From positions 346,890,001-346,954,000 of the forward strand of contig OZ024742.1 in the NCBI GenBank assembly GCA_964016885.1: a DNA stretch of 64,000 nucleotides, read 5' to 3'. This DNA is from Eledone cirrhosa. Taxonomy: Eukaryota. The position numbers were made by a program, and so were the translations under genes. How positions within the stretch are numbered: position 1 is the first letter of the stretch; every line of letters begins with the position of its first letter. Shown piece by piece: positions 51,295 to 63,860 of the stretch. The notes beneath the pieces were generated by a model, which worked only from the letters and a program-made list of their open reading frames with translations, did no database searches and had not been told where the DNA came from.

Positions 51295-54200
51295 ATTTCT
51301 TTATTAGCCACAAGGGCACAAAAGAAGGCGACAAATAGAAATGGGAAATTTACATACAGGTATATGAAAATAAAACTATTAATAAAATAACAAATAACAA
51401 TTGATATCCCCAATAGGGGAGAGGCGTTACACAAGGGTTGTACACACCCCGAAAAATGTACAACCCTCATCTCCAGGAGCACCAAGAGTGAGTACTCCAA
51501 TCCTCCTTTTCCTCAACCTACAGGCTTATATAGAGAGAAGGCCCAACCACTCGGGCCATCTTTGCCACATTCACCCACCTTTTATAAAATTTGCTGGGGT
51601 ACAGCACCTTTCTCTCCATCCTGATTCTTCTTACAAAATGATATTTGAAAAAACGAATCAGTTGCTCGCCGGAGAGAAAGGTGTCTGACCTTAGCCCTTT
51701 TAACCTCGTCAACCATATAACCTCTTTCACCATAGCCATAACACATAGGAAAACCGCCTCTCCCTCGTTTTTGAAGGAGGGTGGCAGTTTGATCATGACA
51801 ATGGACTCGGTGGTCAACTGGATTGGTCCCACCCGCGACAATAGTCGTTCTACATAGCCCCACAGGTCAGTAACGCCCGGGCGGTGTACAAATGCGGGCG
51901 CGACGGTTTCCTCGTCGCGCACGCATCTCGGACAGATCTTTTTCGAAGGGTCCCTACCCGGGCGCCCGTGTCTGTAGAGCTTGTCTCGAACTGGTAGAGC
52001 TCCTCGGTAGCACTGCCAGGCCAGAGACTTTTGGAAGTTGTCCATTGGTCCCGGGCGGAAGGTCCTACCGATCAGACTGATCAGTTCGTCCTCCTCTACG
52101 CCGAGAGTTTCTCCGAGTGTGTTGTCGCACTTGCTGCGGACCAACCCTCTATAGAATGTCGAAGTGGGTCTCCACTGATCGCCGGGTCCGTTTGCCAGAG
52201 GACTGTGAGCGCCTGAGCACATTCGTTGTGCCAGTCGCCCATTTTCCTCGGTCTTTGCTTGACCCAGGACTGCAGCTCGGTCAGCGAGACGAGTCGTGGG
52301 AAGGTTCTCCACACCGGTTGTCTAGTGAGGAATACGTGGAGGTGCCGCAGCCTGAGCGCGTGTTTGCGCATCGTCAGCCACGGCATACCCAGCCCTCCGT
52401 TTGAAGGGTGTTGGCAGCACATGGATCTTCTCACCAAAGGAGCCCGTTTCTTCCAAAGGAATTGGAAGAGCGCGCGCTCCATTTTGGTGAGCGTTTTGGC
52501 TGGACAAGGCACGACGGTCAAGCGGTAGTAGATGACGGACGCTATAAAAGTATTCGCCACCTCCGCTCGACCTTTCAAGGATAGTTTGCACTCGGCCCAC
52601 TTCTGGGTGAGAGCAAACACCTTGGCCGTCACCTCGTTCGAGTTCTTCTCCACCTGGAGGTCCGGACCAAACCAGACTCCGAGCAGCTTTACCCGTCCTT
52701 CCGTCCAGCGTCCGACAACGCCATCGGAAGGCATCGGTTTGGCTCCCCACGTTCCGTGTTGCAAACCGACAAATTTGTCCCGGTTCAGCTTTGCTCCTGT
52801 GAACCTTTCGTATTCCTCCAGTAAGGTGCCGTTCTCCCCGATTTGCGAGGTGCTCGACACCATTACTGTCACGTCGTCGGCGTAGGCCAACGCCGCTTTT
52901 CGCAGTCCCGGTTCCAAAGGGATGCCCTGCAATAGCTCCAACTTCCGCAGTAGTGGCTCGAGAATCAGTACGTACAGAAGGGAGGAGAGATGGATCGCGT
53001 GGTATGGAACGGCTCCGAGAGGTAGCCGTTCACCTTGACCCTTGAGCAGATGTTGCTGCTGTGCATTGCAGCAATCCAGCCCCTGAACACGGGTCCGAAG
53101 CCTGCCGCCTCGAGCACTGCATCCAGATAACGATGGTCAACCCTATCGAAAGCCTTAGACTGATCCAAGTTGTTCAGGGCCCCACCGAAGCCGGGTTTAC
53201 ACCCTACCCTCTCTATGATGTATCGCATGAGGTGCAGGTTGTCGTGTATGGACCTGGTCGGGATTGCGCATGTCTGCGCTTCTTCCACCAGGTTTTCAAC
53301 GACAAGCGCCAGCCTCTTTGCCAATACCTTGGCCAAAATCTGTAACTCTGTGTTGAGCAGAGTTATGGGCCGGAAGTTTCCTATGTCATCCCCCTTGTTC
53401 TCCTCCTTCCTGACTAACGTTATTACGCCCTTGGTCACAGAATTGGAAATTCTCCCGTTCTGCTGCCAGTTGCAGTAGACCGCTTCCAGGAGACCGGAGA
53501 ATAAGTCCGGCATTGCTACGTAAAATTTGTAGGGTAGACCGTCGAGACCTGGAGATTTGCGTTTGCCGCATTGGCTCAGCGCGTCCCCTATCTCAGCGGC
53601 CGAAATCGGCCTTTCGCAGAACTTCGCCTCGCTGTCCGAGAGTCGCGGTAGGCCGTCGAGGTATGGACCGAAATCCATATCCCCTCCCGGTCCCGACGCG
53701 CCGCCCTGCCCGAACAGTTGAGCAAAGTGCCGCTGAAAGGCCGCACACATTTGCTTCGGCTCATGTATCACGCGTCCGTCTTGGTCCTTCAAAGACCGAA
53801 TCGTGGACTTGTTGCCACTTTTCGCCTCCGTTACTCAGGCCCAGCTAACAGCTTTGGCTCCCTCGTTTCCCAGAGCACGTATTTTGCTTCTGACAACGCA
53901 GCCTTCATGCTTCGCGTCGGAGAACTGGTCCAAAGCCTTCTCGTCGCTAGCACGCTGGCTACGTTGCCACTCCTAAGTGCCTCTTCTACTTTATCTACCA
54001 GTTCCTTTTCGGTCTTATTTATATCTAACACTAATTCTTTACTAAAACCTATCGAGTCTAATCTAACTGCCCTCTTGACCATCTGTTGTTGACACTGGCC
54101 CCCGTCAAGTGCTGCTTAACTAAAGTGCTAATCCGTCTACTGTAGACTTTGCATGTCGGTAACGACAAGTTCAGCTTCCAGTAGCCGGGTCCCTGTCTAT

Positions 54201-56554
54201 GGGTTTTGTCAAGGTTGACTAAGCAGGTCACTAATTTGTGATCTGAATAGGCAACCATGAACATTTGTGGACAGATTAACATGTCCCTATCCTTCTTTCT
54301 AACTAGAACCCTATCTAGGTACGATCTAGATGTTCCGCTACGATTAGTCCACGTCCACAGTGGCACAGTCAGAAAATCTAGTCGATATATATCAGCCAGG
54401 TCAAATCGGCCGATTAACTGTTTGAGGCTGTTTCACCCCCTCTATCGGGACATGCTCCCACATAGTCCCAACGTGCATCTATGATTCCATTCCGGTCCCC
54501 CACTAATAGCAGGGAGCGGGACGTTCCCAGAAAAGTCTCTAGACGTTTGAAGAAGTCTGGCCGCAGTGTCCTGGATGGGGAATATGCGGCCACCAGCCTG
54601 AAGGCTCTACCTTCACTACCGTCAACGTCTAGGACCACCAGTCGACCCTCCGGGTCCAGATGTACCGTCTGTGTTACGAGGTCCAGGTGTTTCCGCAGCA
54701 AAACGGCAACCCACCCCCACCTCCCGGCTGACAGAGAGATGCATAGATCTCAAAGTCGTCGAAGATGGGGGCCAGTTGTCGCTCGCTGTGGATCCTGGAC
54801 TCGCAAATGGCTACTACATCCATACTGTGCGACCTGAGGTCGTTTAAGAGTTTGCCCTGTTTCCAGGGCATCCCCAGGCCGCGTACATTCACACATCCAA
54901 CTCTTATATTGGCCATGTTGGTGCTGAAAAGTTAAAAGAAGAGGAAAAGAAATCACTCACCTCTTCGTCTCCTGGGGACCAAGCTGCACAATTTCCATGT
55001 GGGTGTTGGAGGGGTTGTTTGGTGGGGTGGTGGTCTCTGGAGGGGTGACGACGGAGGTGTTTGTGGGGGAGGGTTGTCAGGTGGGGTGGGGTGTCTGAGG
55101 TGGGGGTGGGGAAACATTTCAAAAAGGATGCGGTTATAGGAAATGTTTCTTTTAACTGTTTATGTGTGTCCATGGAGATCCTAATCATTTTAAGATTAGG
55201 AAACTCCGCAGAATGTGTAAAAGTTTTCCCTTCGGTCTCCACCGAAGGGTTTTTATATATGGCGTCTGTTAAAGTTTTATTGTTAGTATTTATGTAGGTG
55301 TAACATTTTTGTTGTGTTGTGTTGCTTTTTTTCTGTGGTTCTTGTGTGTGTTTACGTTTTGTAGTAGGTGTATTGTTTTCAGGAGGGGGTGTTTTTGTTT
55401 GTGCTGTTTGCGTCGCTTGTATTGGTGTTGGTGTGTTTGTTGCATTTTTGTTTGTGTTATGTCTTTTATTTTTATTTTTTTTTACTGATCGGAAAGGCTC
55501 TCCCTCATCGTCACTGGGTGACGATGATGAGGCCTCATCCGTGTTGTTGGGGAGGGGTACATTTTGGGGAGCTGTTATGTGTGTGTGGGTGTTTCTGGAG
55601 TTGTTTTTTGGTGAGAAGGGGTTGGGTGGGACTGTGTTTGCAGTTTGGTTTGTTTTTGTGTGTTGCTGTTGTGGTGGTGGTGGTGGTGGTGGTGGCGGTT
55701 GTGTTGTTGTGTTGGGTGTCGGCAGTAGTGCCTTTTTTTAATGCAGTTAATTGAGGACAGGAAGCCCTCAGGTGACCACTGCTTAAACAGTGGTAACATG
55801 AAGGCCGTCTACCCTCAACAGAAATGTTTATGTAGGAATTCCCATCCAGAGGCATACGTTGTGGTATACTAGCTATCCGTTCTGGTCTCATTTGGACCAG
55901 AACTTCTAAGCTTGTACCGTTGAATATGCCCCTGGGGGACTTTCCTACCGAAATTACTGTATCTTCATCAACATTGATGAAACTAGCTAATATCCACCAG
56001 ATGTTTACATTTGGTGTGATATTTGTTACTTTTATTTGTTGGGTCCTTTTTCCCATGTATGTGGGGGAAAAGGTGTAGAGGGGGGGGGGGGACACAATTG
56101 GCGACACAGAATATTTCTGTGCCGTCAATTGGTCTTTCATTATTATTGATAAACTCCCGAAGAGTTTTCTCTTCTGTATGTAGGTAATGTCCTTCATGGA
56201 GTTTCTTAGAACCAGCTCAATTTCGTTTTGAGTTAATTGAGCTGGTTTTCTGGTGGTATTTGAGATTGTCCTAAAAACTATGGTTTTCGGGACAGTGTCT
56301 CTACGCAATTCTTGGGGAGAAGTGATGCTAAAAGCGCCATTCTCACCAAAAGTTATATATTACTTGGCATCTCTTAGCAATTCTCCGTCATTAGAGATGT
56401 CAATCTGTGTATATAGTTCTGTCTTTTGGACAGTTTGTGCAAATGAAACCTTTTTTCCTTGTTTGTGGAGTTGTTCTTGTTGGTGTTGTTGTCATTATTG
56501 TTGGTGTTGTTGGTGTTGCTGTCATCATTGTTGCTGTTGTTGTCATTGCTGTCG

Positions 56555-56590
<36 letters not shown>

Positions 56591-56910
56591 TTGTAGTTCT
56601 CAATTGCTTGATCTGTGGTTGCGAAATTCATTTGTGAAGTTGTGTTTTCGTTCATAGCATTGTTGTTATTGTTGTTGCTGGTACTGCTGGTTGTGTTGTT
56701 TTGGTTTGTTGCTATGGCAACGTCAAGTTGTCAGTCAGCAGGTGGAGAAAATCCTTCCTCTGGCTGACCTTTGTCTTTGACATCTGCTACTATGACAGTG
56801 GCAGGGGGAAGTTGTAAGTATATCTTCCCCTTTCCTCCTTCGAATGTTGGTGAAGAAGCTTCAGCCATTTTTTTTAAATGTTAGCTTTTCCAAAAAGAAA
56901 CGTTTTATGT
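51295..56910 (-). mobile_element. Near full-length degraded Tx1-like element (family D) bounded by (GATA)n
   Basis: ORF2 pieces from 54916 to 51518 (MANIRVG, YSDHK, KSPGLDG, AYADD). ORF1 pieces with CYHCLSSGHLRASC end MEIVQLGPQETKR*. Confidence 0.9.
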
Positions 56911-56923
56911 ACAGATAGATAGA

Positions 56924-57745
56924 TCACTTTCTTTTTATTTGCCACCAGGGCATCAAAGAGTGGGACAAGTACAATGGGGGAGTTTACATAAAAAGGCGTC
57001 CTCAATAAGGAGGAGGCAATAACAAAATATAAAAATATAAAAATATAAAAATATAAAATATAACAAAAATAAATTGAATAACAAAATCCTCAATAGGGAG
57101 GAGGCGCCTTGGGGGGTCGCACACACCCCCGAAAAAAGTGTGCAACCCTTCTCCTCAGGAGCACAGAGAGAGGGTGCTCCCTTGATCTTTCATCTTTCTC
57201 ACCTACAGTCTGATGTAGAGTGAAGGCCCATTCACTCGGGCCATTCTCGCCACTTTCACCCATCTTTCATAGAAACGGCTGGGGTGCAGCACCTCTCTCT
57301 CCATCCTGATCCTTCTTCCGAAATGATATCGGAAGAAACGGACCAGTTGTTGGCCAGAGAGAAAGGTGTCTGACCTCAGTCCTTTCAGACGTGTCCACCA
57401 TACAACCTCTTTCGCCATGGCTATTACGCACAGAAACACCGCCTCTCCTTCGTTTTTGAAGAGGGGAGGCGGCTTGATCGTTACAATAGACTCGGTGGTC
57501 AACCGGATCGGTCCCACCCGTGACAGCAGTCGTTCGACATAGCCCCACAGATCGGCTACGCCCGAGCAGTGTACCAATGCGTGTGCAACGGTTTCCTCGT
57601 CGCACACGCATCTGGGACAGATCTTTTTCGAGGGGTCCCTACCCGAGCGCCCGTGTCTGTAGAGCCTTTCTCGAACGGGCAGAGCCCCTCGATAGCACTG
57701 CCAGGCCAGGGACCTCTGGAAGTTATCCATAGATCCTGGGCTGAA
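56924..57745 (-). mobile_element. 5'-truncated Tx1-like copy related to family D
   Basis: PGSMDNFQRSLAWQCYRGALPVR...CPRC...ETVAHALVHC...LYIRL* plus a 3'UTR similar to 51295-51518. Confidence 0.9.
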
Positions 57746-57746
57746 T

Positions 57747-57830
<84 letters not shown>

Positions 57831-57855
57831 TACAAGTGTGTGTGTGTGTGTGTGG
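57746..57855. repeat. (GATA)n followed by (TG)n microsatellite
   Basis: Read directly. Confidence 0.95.
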
Positions 57856-58254
57856 TTTATTTACGTCTATTATGGAGTGGTGATCGAGTAATTCCAGATT
57901 TATTTGCTCGTATTGTTGTCGGGTAAGGCTGGAGAAAATGAATTCCTATATCTACACTCCGATTTTAATTTCAACTGAACAAGTTGAGATTGAAATCTAT
58001 TTTGGATTTTCTAATCATGGGATTTTATATGGTTTGCCGGAAGTATACTACTAATGGACCACGTGACGAGAACTGCAGCCTTATCTCTATAGCGGTAGCA
58101 GTAAGGCCAATGGCTCCTTGCACATCTTCATAAAAATTGACTGAAATCTACAGCTAACACATATGCAGTTGTAGATAATCTCCTGAGAGGTTGTATCTCA
58201 TGGGAAGTTTTTCTTGTGTTTTCATGATAGAGGCTTCCCAGCACTATAATTGAA

Positions 58255-58356
58255 AAACAACGTTAAATAAAGAGTTGTGCTCAAAAACACAACATATCGC
58301 ACGGGTCAGGTATCGAACTGAAGACCTTACGATCATAAGTCCAACACATTAACCAG
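58255..58356 (-). mobile_element. Degenerate tRNA-derived SINE head
   Basis: GGTATCGAACT is the reverse complement of a B box. GCTCAAAAACACAAC resembles the reversed core. Confidence 0.45.
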
Positions 58357-59000
58357 TAACTCACACATCTCAACTACCACAACACACTAACTCACACACA
58401 TCTTAACTACCTAACTCACACATCTGAACTATCACACTAACTTTCACAACTTAACTACCATAACACACTAACTTACACACATCTCAACTACCACAACACA
58501 CTAACTTACACAAATTAACTTCCACAACACACTAACTTACACACATCTCAACTACCACAACACACTAACTCACACAAATTAACTTCCACAACACACTAAC
58601 TCACACATCTTAACTACCACAACACACTAACTCACATACAACTTTACTATCACAACACACCAGCTTACACATCTTAACTACCACAACACACTAACTTACA
58701 CATCTTAACTACCACAACACACTAACTTACACATCTCAACTACCAAACACACTAACTCACGCATCTTAACTACCACATCACACTAACTTACACATCTCAA
58801 CTACCACAACACACTAACTTACACATCTCAACTACCAAACACACTAACTTACACATCTCAACTACCAAACACACTAACTCACGCATCTTAACTACCACAT
58901 CACACTAACTTACACATCTCAACTACCACAACACACTAACTTACACATTTCAATTACTACAACACACTAACTCACACTAACCACTAACTCAACACTTCCA
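58357..59000. repeat. About 29-31-bp C/A-rich minisatellite
   Basis: Unit approximately CACACATCTCAACTACCACAACACACTAACT. Confidence 0.9.
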
Positions 59001-59214
59001 TCACACAAATATTTCATGTTGCTATGGGCTGACGAATCTTAACACTGACCAAGGAAGTGCATAATATAGTAATTTCTATTCAGACCAGCCTAAATCTATC
59101 ATTATCTCCATAGTTGGACTGAAAACATACATGCTTTTTCTCCCCCAACCTTTTTCGTTTCTTCCTCTTCTCATTCTACTCTATCTTTCTATTTCTTCTT
59201 TAATTTTTCATTGT

Positions 59215-59740
59215 ATCTTCTGATGAAGGACTAGTGTCCGAAATATTAAAACTCTTTTCCTACTATATCAAGCATTAAACTAATATATATCTTTAAAAAA
59301 ACAAAGTTGGAAATGTGTCTCTTAGAATCTCCAGGTTGCTCGCCTCTGAATCCACCTTCAATGTGCATGCGGATTATTATAACGTGGCTCTCGACAAGGC
59401 TGGCTGCAATGAACAAATAAAATGTATTCCCGATAAACTAAGCAGGAGACGAACTTATTACTCCACCAGGAATAGCATATCAAATACCCACCAAAACCTA
59501 AATAACTGAAATAAAACCTGCACAACCGAAACCATCGATAAATCCAAAACCAGATCTTCGGATTTGAAAACACCAAAGCACTCTCGCTCCAGGTCCTACT
59601 TGTGGTTTAATCTTTCCCATAATGAATTTGTCACTACTAAAATATCTTCACTTTTCTTTAGACTATTAGATGAAAGCTTCCCTCCCACACGCAGGTATCT
59701 AAATGGAAAATACATGTATAAAAACATCGTTTCCTAATCT
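59215..59740 (+). mobile_element. Penelope-like element remnant: hammerhead-like terminus plus ORF fragments
   Basis: CTGATGA-A-GGAC[TAGT]GTCC-GAAA at 59220-59243; SLRISRL...FNVHADYYNVAL; RSRSYLWFNLSHNEFVTTKI...RLLDESFP, resembling the PLE WFNPP linker motif. Confidence 0.65.
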
Positions 59741-60044
59741 TGTTCCTCTTCTTTTTCTTCTACTTCGTCTTCTCCTTCCTCTTCTTTTCTTCTTCTTTCT
59801 GCCAAACTAGGGGTGGGAGATGATATCAAGAATTAATGTAGCAGAGACGATGCCTCCCCTAACCGCACCCCATAAAATATAATCTTGCACAAACACTTTG
59901 CTGAAAATTTAAAAACATTTGTTAAAATATAATCACAGTCTGTTGAAAAAAAACTTACAAATGGAAAACGATGTTTGACTAAACAGACGCCATTTTAAAC
60001 ACCAACACAAACGGTCACCTTGTCTCACGACTTTATTGATAAAG

Positions 60045-60925
60045 GTCAAGCAGGAAGGTAACATTACTTTGCCTCTCAAAAAACAAGGGCTTCTGTGTAC
60101 CCTCAAAAGAGCATTTAAAGAAAGACCTGTCGATGTATGGAGTGATGTGGTCCCCAAACGAAAGGGACATGATGACGTTTCAACAAACAGGTGCAAACAC
60201 AAACACTAACACAAACTTAGAAATATTGGAAGATACATAGAACAAAACAATACAAATAAGTTATTTGTAACAGAAACAGATGTTGGTAGATAACAAAGAC
60301 ATTTTCACAACACAGACAATAAGAAATGTCTTGAGGCAAAGACAATAGCTCTCACCGTGGAATATCTCTCAAAAGAACATTAAAATAATGGAGACGTTAG
60401 TCGCGAAAGTTTCTGCTTTCTTTTCTGATGATCTTCTTGTCAAACAGGAAAGGGACATAATCGTGTCTCATGAAAGGCCTCAGGGTGGTGGGTCTCAGTG
60501 AAGCCTGAAAGAAGCGATTAAAGGAAGACCTACCAATGTGTGGGGTGATGTGGTCTCAACACAATAGGAACTTGGTGATGTATAAACAAACAGATGCAAC
60601 TACAAACACAGACTTTGAAATATCGAAAGATTCTAAGAAGAAATACAAACAAGATGTTTGTAAAAGAAACAAGGGTACTGGAGACTAACCAAACATATTT
60701 TCGCAACACAGACAATAACAAAAATAGTTATATCAGTCTCTTGAGGCAAAGAAAAAAGCTTTCAACATGGAAGATATCTTAAAAAAACAATAAAATATAA
60801 TGAAGAAGTTCGTAGATTTTATTGAAGAAACGTCAGGTGGAAAGGTGACATACATCTGTCTCTCGTGCCCTCAAAGGAGCAATTAAAGGAGGTCTTCAAT
60901 GTGGGGGACGGTGTGATCTCCATAG
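60045..60925. repeat. Old diverged tandem duplication, about 400-bp unit, two copies plus a partial third
   Basis: Shared blocks TTAAAG.AAGACCT...GATGTGGTC, CAACACAGACAATAA and TCTTGAGGCAAAGA at about 400-440 bp spacing. Confidence 0.7.
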
Positions 60926-60954
60926 ACAGGGGTAGCAAATATAAGAGTGTATGT

Positions 60955-61185
60955 CTGACTGGGTCATATTAACCAATGACTGGGTCGTATTAACTAATGA
61001 CTGGGTCATATTAACTAATGACTGGGTCATATTAACCAATGGTTGGGTCGTATTAATGACTGTGTCATATTAACCAATGACTGGGTTGTATTAACCAATG
61101 GCTGGGTCGTATTAACTAATGGCTGGGTTGTATTAACTAATGGTTGGGTCGTATTAACGAATGGCTGGGTCGTATTAACCAATTG
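60955..61185. repeat. 21-bp minisatellite, about 11 copies
   Basis: Unit TGACTGGGTCATATTAACCAA. Confidence 0.9.
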
Positions 61186-61430
61186 CTAGGCCCCTGGGCT
61201 CTCAGGTACTTCATGCTCCCTCTGGCACCTCAATCTTTCCATCTGTTTTCCTTTATATTTTCTACTAAATCACGATATCAATGACCAGCTAGTTACCTGG
61301 CTCAAAGAAACTATTTCCAAGTCTGAAACCAGCGATAAAAACATCAAAACCAAATTACATCCATCATGACTGACAATACACATTCTCTCTATCATGTCAA
61401 GGGAACTCACTGAATTTATATATTTTCCAA

Positions 61431-62158
61431 TACTGTTCCGAAAATAATGGCCGATTTCAGAAACATAATTTTATTCTGGAAAAATTAACAACAGAAATGT
61501 TTTGATTAGTCAAAGTATGAGCCGTGAACAATCTATGCATCTCTGCCTATTGACTATTCGGTCAAGAAAAGGATCATTGGTGTTTCGCAGAAAGAACATT
61601 GAGCACACTTCAAAACGCCAAACTTTTTGATTTTCATTGAGCTCATGCGGTACCCATTTATCAAGCTTTTTCACCTTACCAATCTTCTGCAGAGGGCATG
61701 AGACCGTTGCAATACCGATACCAAGTGCCTGAGACATTTCTCTGACACCTTGACGTAGGTTTTGTTCAACAATTACTTTCAATTGTTCATTGTCAAGACT
61801 ACATGACTGTCCTCTGCCTTCTTCATCTTCAAGGCTCTCATCACCACTACAGAATTTCTGAAACCACCTTCGTACTGTGTGATCACTTATGGGCCCCTCT
61901 CCCCATGCTCTGTTGATATTGGCAGCTGTTTGGGAGGCATTGTGCCCAAGCTTGAACTCATGCAAGAAAAGCGAAGGTCCTTTTTTGTCATCTTCACAAT
62001 TAAAGGCGCCTTGGCTTCAAGAATGTTTTCTGTCTGAAATAAGTATAAAATTATTAAGTATGTCGAAATTCACCTAAAATATAATTAAAATACTATGATA
62101 AAATTGCGTTTCAAAACACAGCACTTAGAGCGGCCATTATTTTCAGAACAACCTAATA
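61431..62158 (-). mobile_element. Internally deleted mariner (Tc1/mariner) DNA transposon
   Basis: ORF 61510-61965 has the HTH region (TVRRWFQKF.SGDESLEDE) and WVPHEL but lacks the DDD domain. TIRs are TGTTCCGAAAATAATGGCCG (61434) and CGGCCATTATTTTCAGAACAACCTAATA (62131-58). Confidence 0.9.
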
Positions 62159-63729
62159 GTAGAGCAAATTTTATCTGTGTACCACAGTAAATATACTGTA
62201 AACATTTGAATTAACCAATCTGTTTTGATATATTTTCTGCTAAATCATGGATGCCAAAAGATGATGTTGCAAATTTTTATGATCAGTCTGCTAATAATGT
62301 CTACTAAGATTTAATACTGCAAATTTTAACAGTGTTCAGCGGTGAATATACTATAAACATTTGTATTAAGAAATCTGTTTTGTTTTATAACTTTTTTTTT
62401 TTCTGATTAATCATTAGAAAAAGCTAAGAGTTAATACTGCAAATTTTAACAATGGTAACTATATTGTAAATATTTAAATTAATAAATTTGTTTTTAGTTA
62501 TTTTCTGCTAATTCATTTCAACATGTTAAAAGTTAATTACTGAAAGAAGTAAAATAATAAAAATGCTAAAAGAATCGTATTTGACATGGAAGGTGATGGA
62601 AAGTCAGTAGTAATGTGTGGTTATGTTAATGATAAAACTGTCTGTCACGATTTTGTCTCAACGAATAACATTAACAACATCTTTGAAGGAAGTTAATTAA
62701 ATCTTTCAGAATTATCCATTTTAATAGCTTCACCAATAAAAATTAACAATTGACATATGTTTAGTAGAAAACTGTGAACATAAATTTCATTTCAAAGCAG
62801 ACGATAGGTTTTTTGTGGGGATGGTGGTGAAAATAATAAAACTCCGTTAGAGAATTTAAACAAAAATAGCAAGTAAATATATATTTTGAACATTCACATA
62901 TCTTTTGAAAAGTACTTCAGAATTTGAAACCTGTTAATTATTCATAATTTGTCTCTATATAATTAAGATAATATTGTTTTCTTCATTTTTTTCCCGGTTG
63001 ATTTGTATAAAGAAAACCGCCATTTGTCAGCCCACCCACCCCGTTGCAAGTGGCTTAGTCGTGGTTTCAGTACTTGAATCAGGTGACGAGTTGTATTCGT
63101 GAGATAAAACACTATTTTCTACTAGAAGTTGTGTCAGGCAGATAGTATCAGCAATGGAATGAATGACCAATGGAAACATATATTTGGTTTGATCTGATGA
63201 TAGACTCCATTTTAAGCTATACATATTGAGACCTAATACTCCTTGCTTTATCGTTCCTGTTCCTCTCATTTATGACATTTATAGTCCTTTCCTCTACTTT
63301 CCTATACAGATCTGCCATTCTTTACCCCTTCCCCCCTTTTTCATTATTTAATTTCGTTTTTATCTGTTTTTCCTATTTCCATTATTGTATAACTTCTGTT
63401 TGTGAAATATAGATGACAATATGTTTATGTATAACAGATAACAAAATAAAATTTTCCTAAATTAATGGATTAAGCAAACCTTCCCCGACCCTCAAAAAAT
63501 ATGAAAGGTTGTTGACAATATATAAATAGTTATATAAATCTCAGTTTTTCATAGAAAGGGAAAGGAAAAGGCCCTTAACTCATAATGGGGTCGTAGGAAC
63601 GTTGTCCTGACATATAACATGTCTTGAGTATTAAAAACCTGGTAGAATACAGCCCTTTCAAAGGCTGACCGTAACTGATTTCTTCTGAAGTGTGAGAGAG
63701 ATCATGAGAGAGATATGGATAAAAAGAGA

Positions 63730-63860
63730 TAACTGGTATTTTATTTATGGTCTACGAAAGAATTAAAGGCAAAGTTGGTGAGATTTGAACTCAGAGCATA
63801 GTAGTCCCGAACAAATACTTAGGTATTTAATTAAACACCGTAACGGCTCTGTCAATTCCG
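63730..63860 (-). mobile_element. Degenerate Meta-like SINE
   Basis: CTGGTATTTTATTT...AAAGGCAAAGTTG...GATTTGAACTCAG. Confidence 0.5.

Noticed and set aside
24783-57732. Many short antisense or alternate-frame ORFs within the LINEs
   Set aside because: Shadow ORFs of RT/ORF1 coding sequence and low-complexity tracts
61510-61965. SETMAR-like host gene or active transposase
   Set aside because: Flanked by TIRs and lacking the catalytic DDD domain, so it is a deleted transposon copy
63027-63269. 80-aa ORF as a host exon
   Set aside because: No recognisable motif or convincing splice context; cannot be supported without a search
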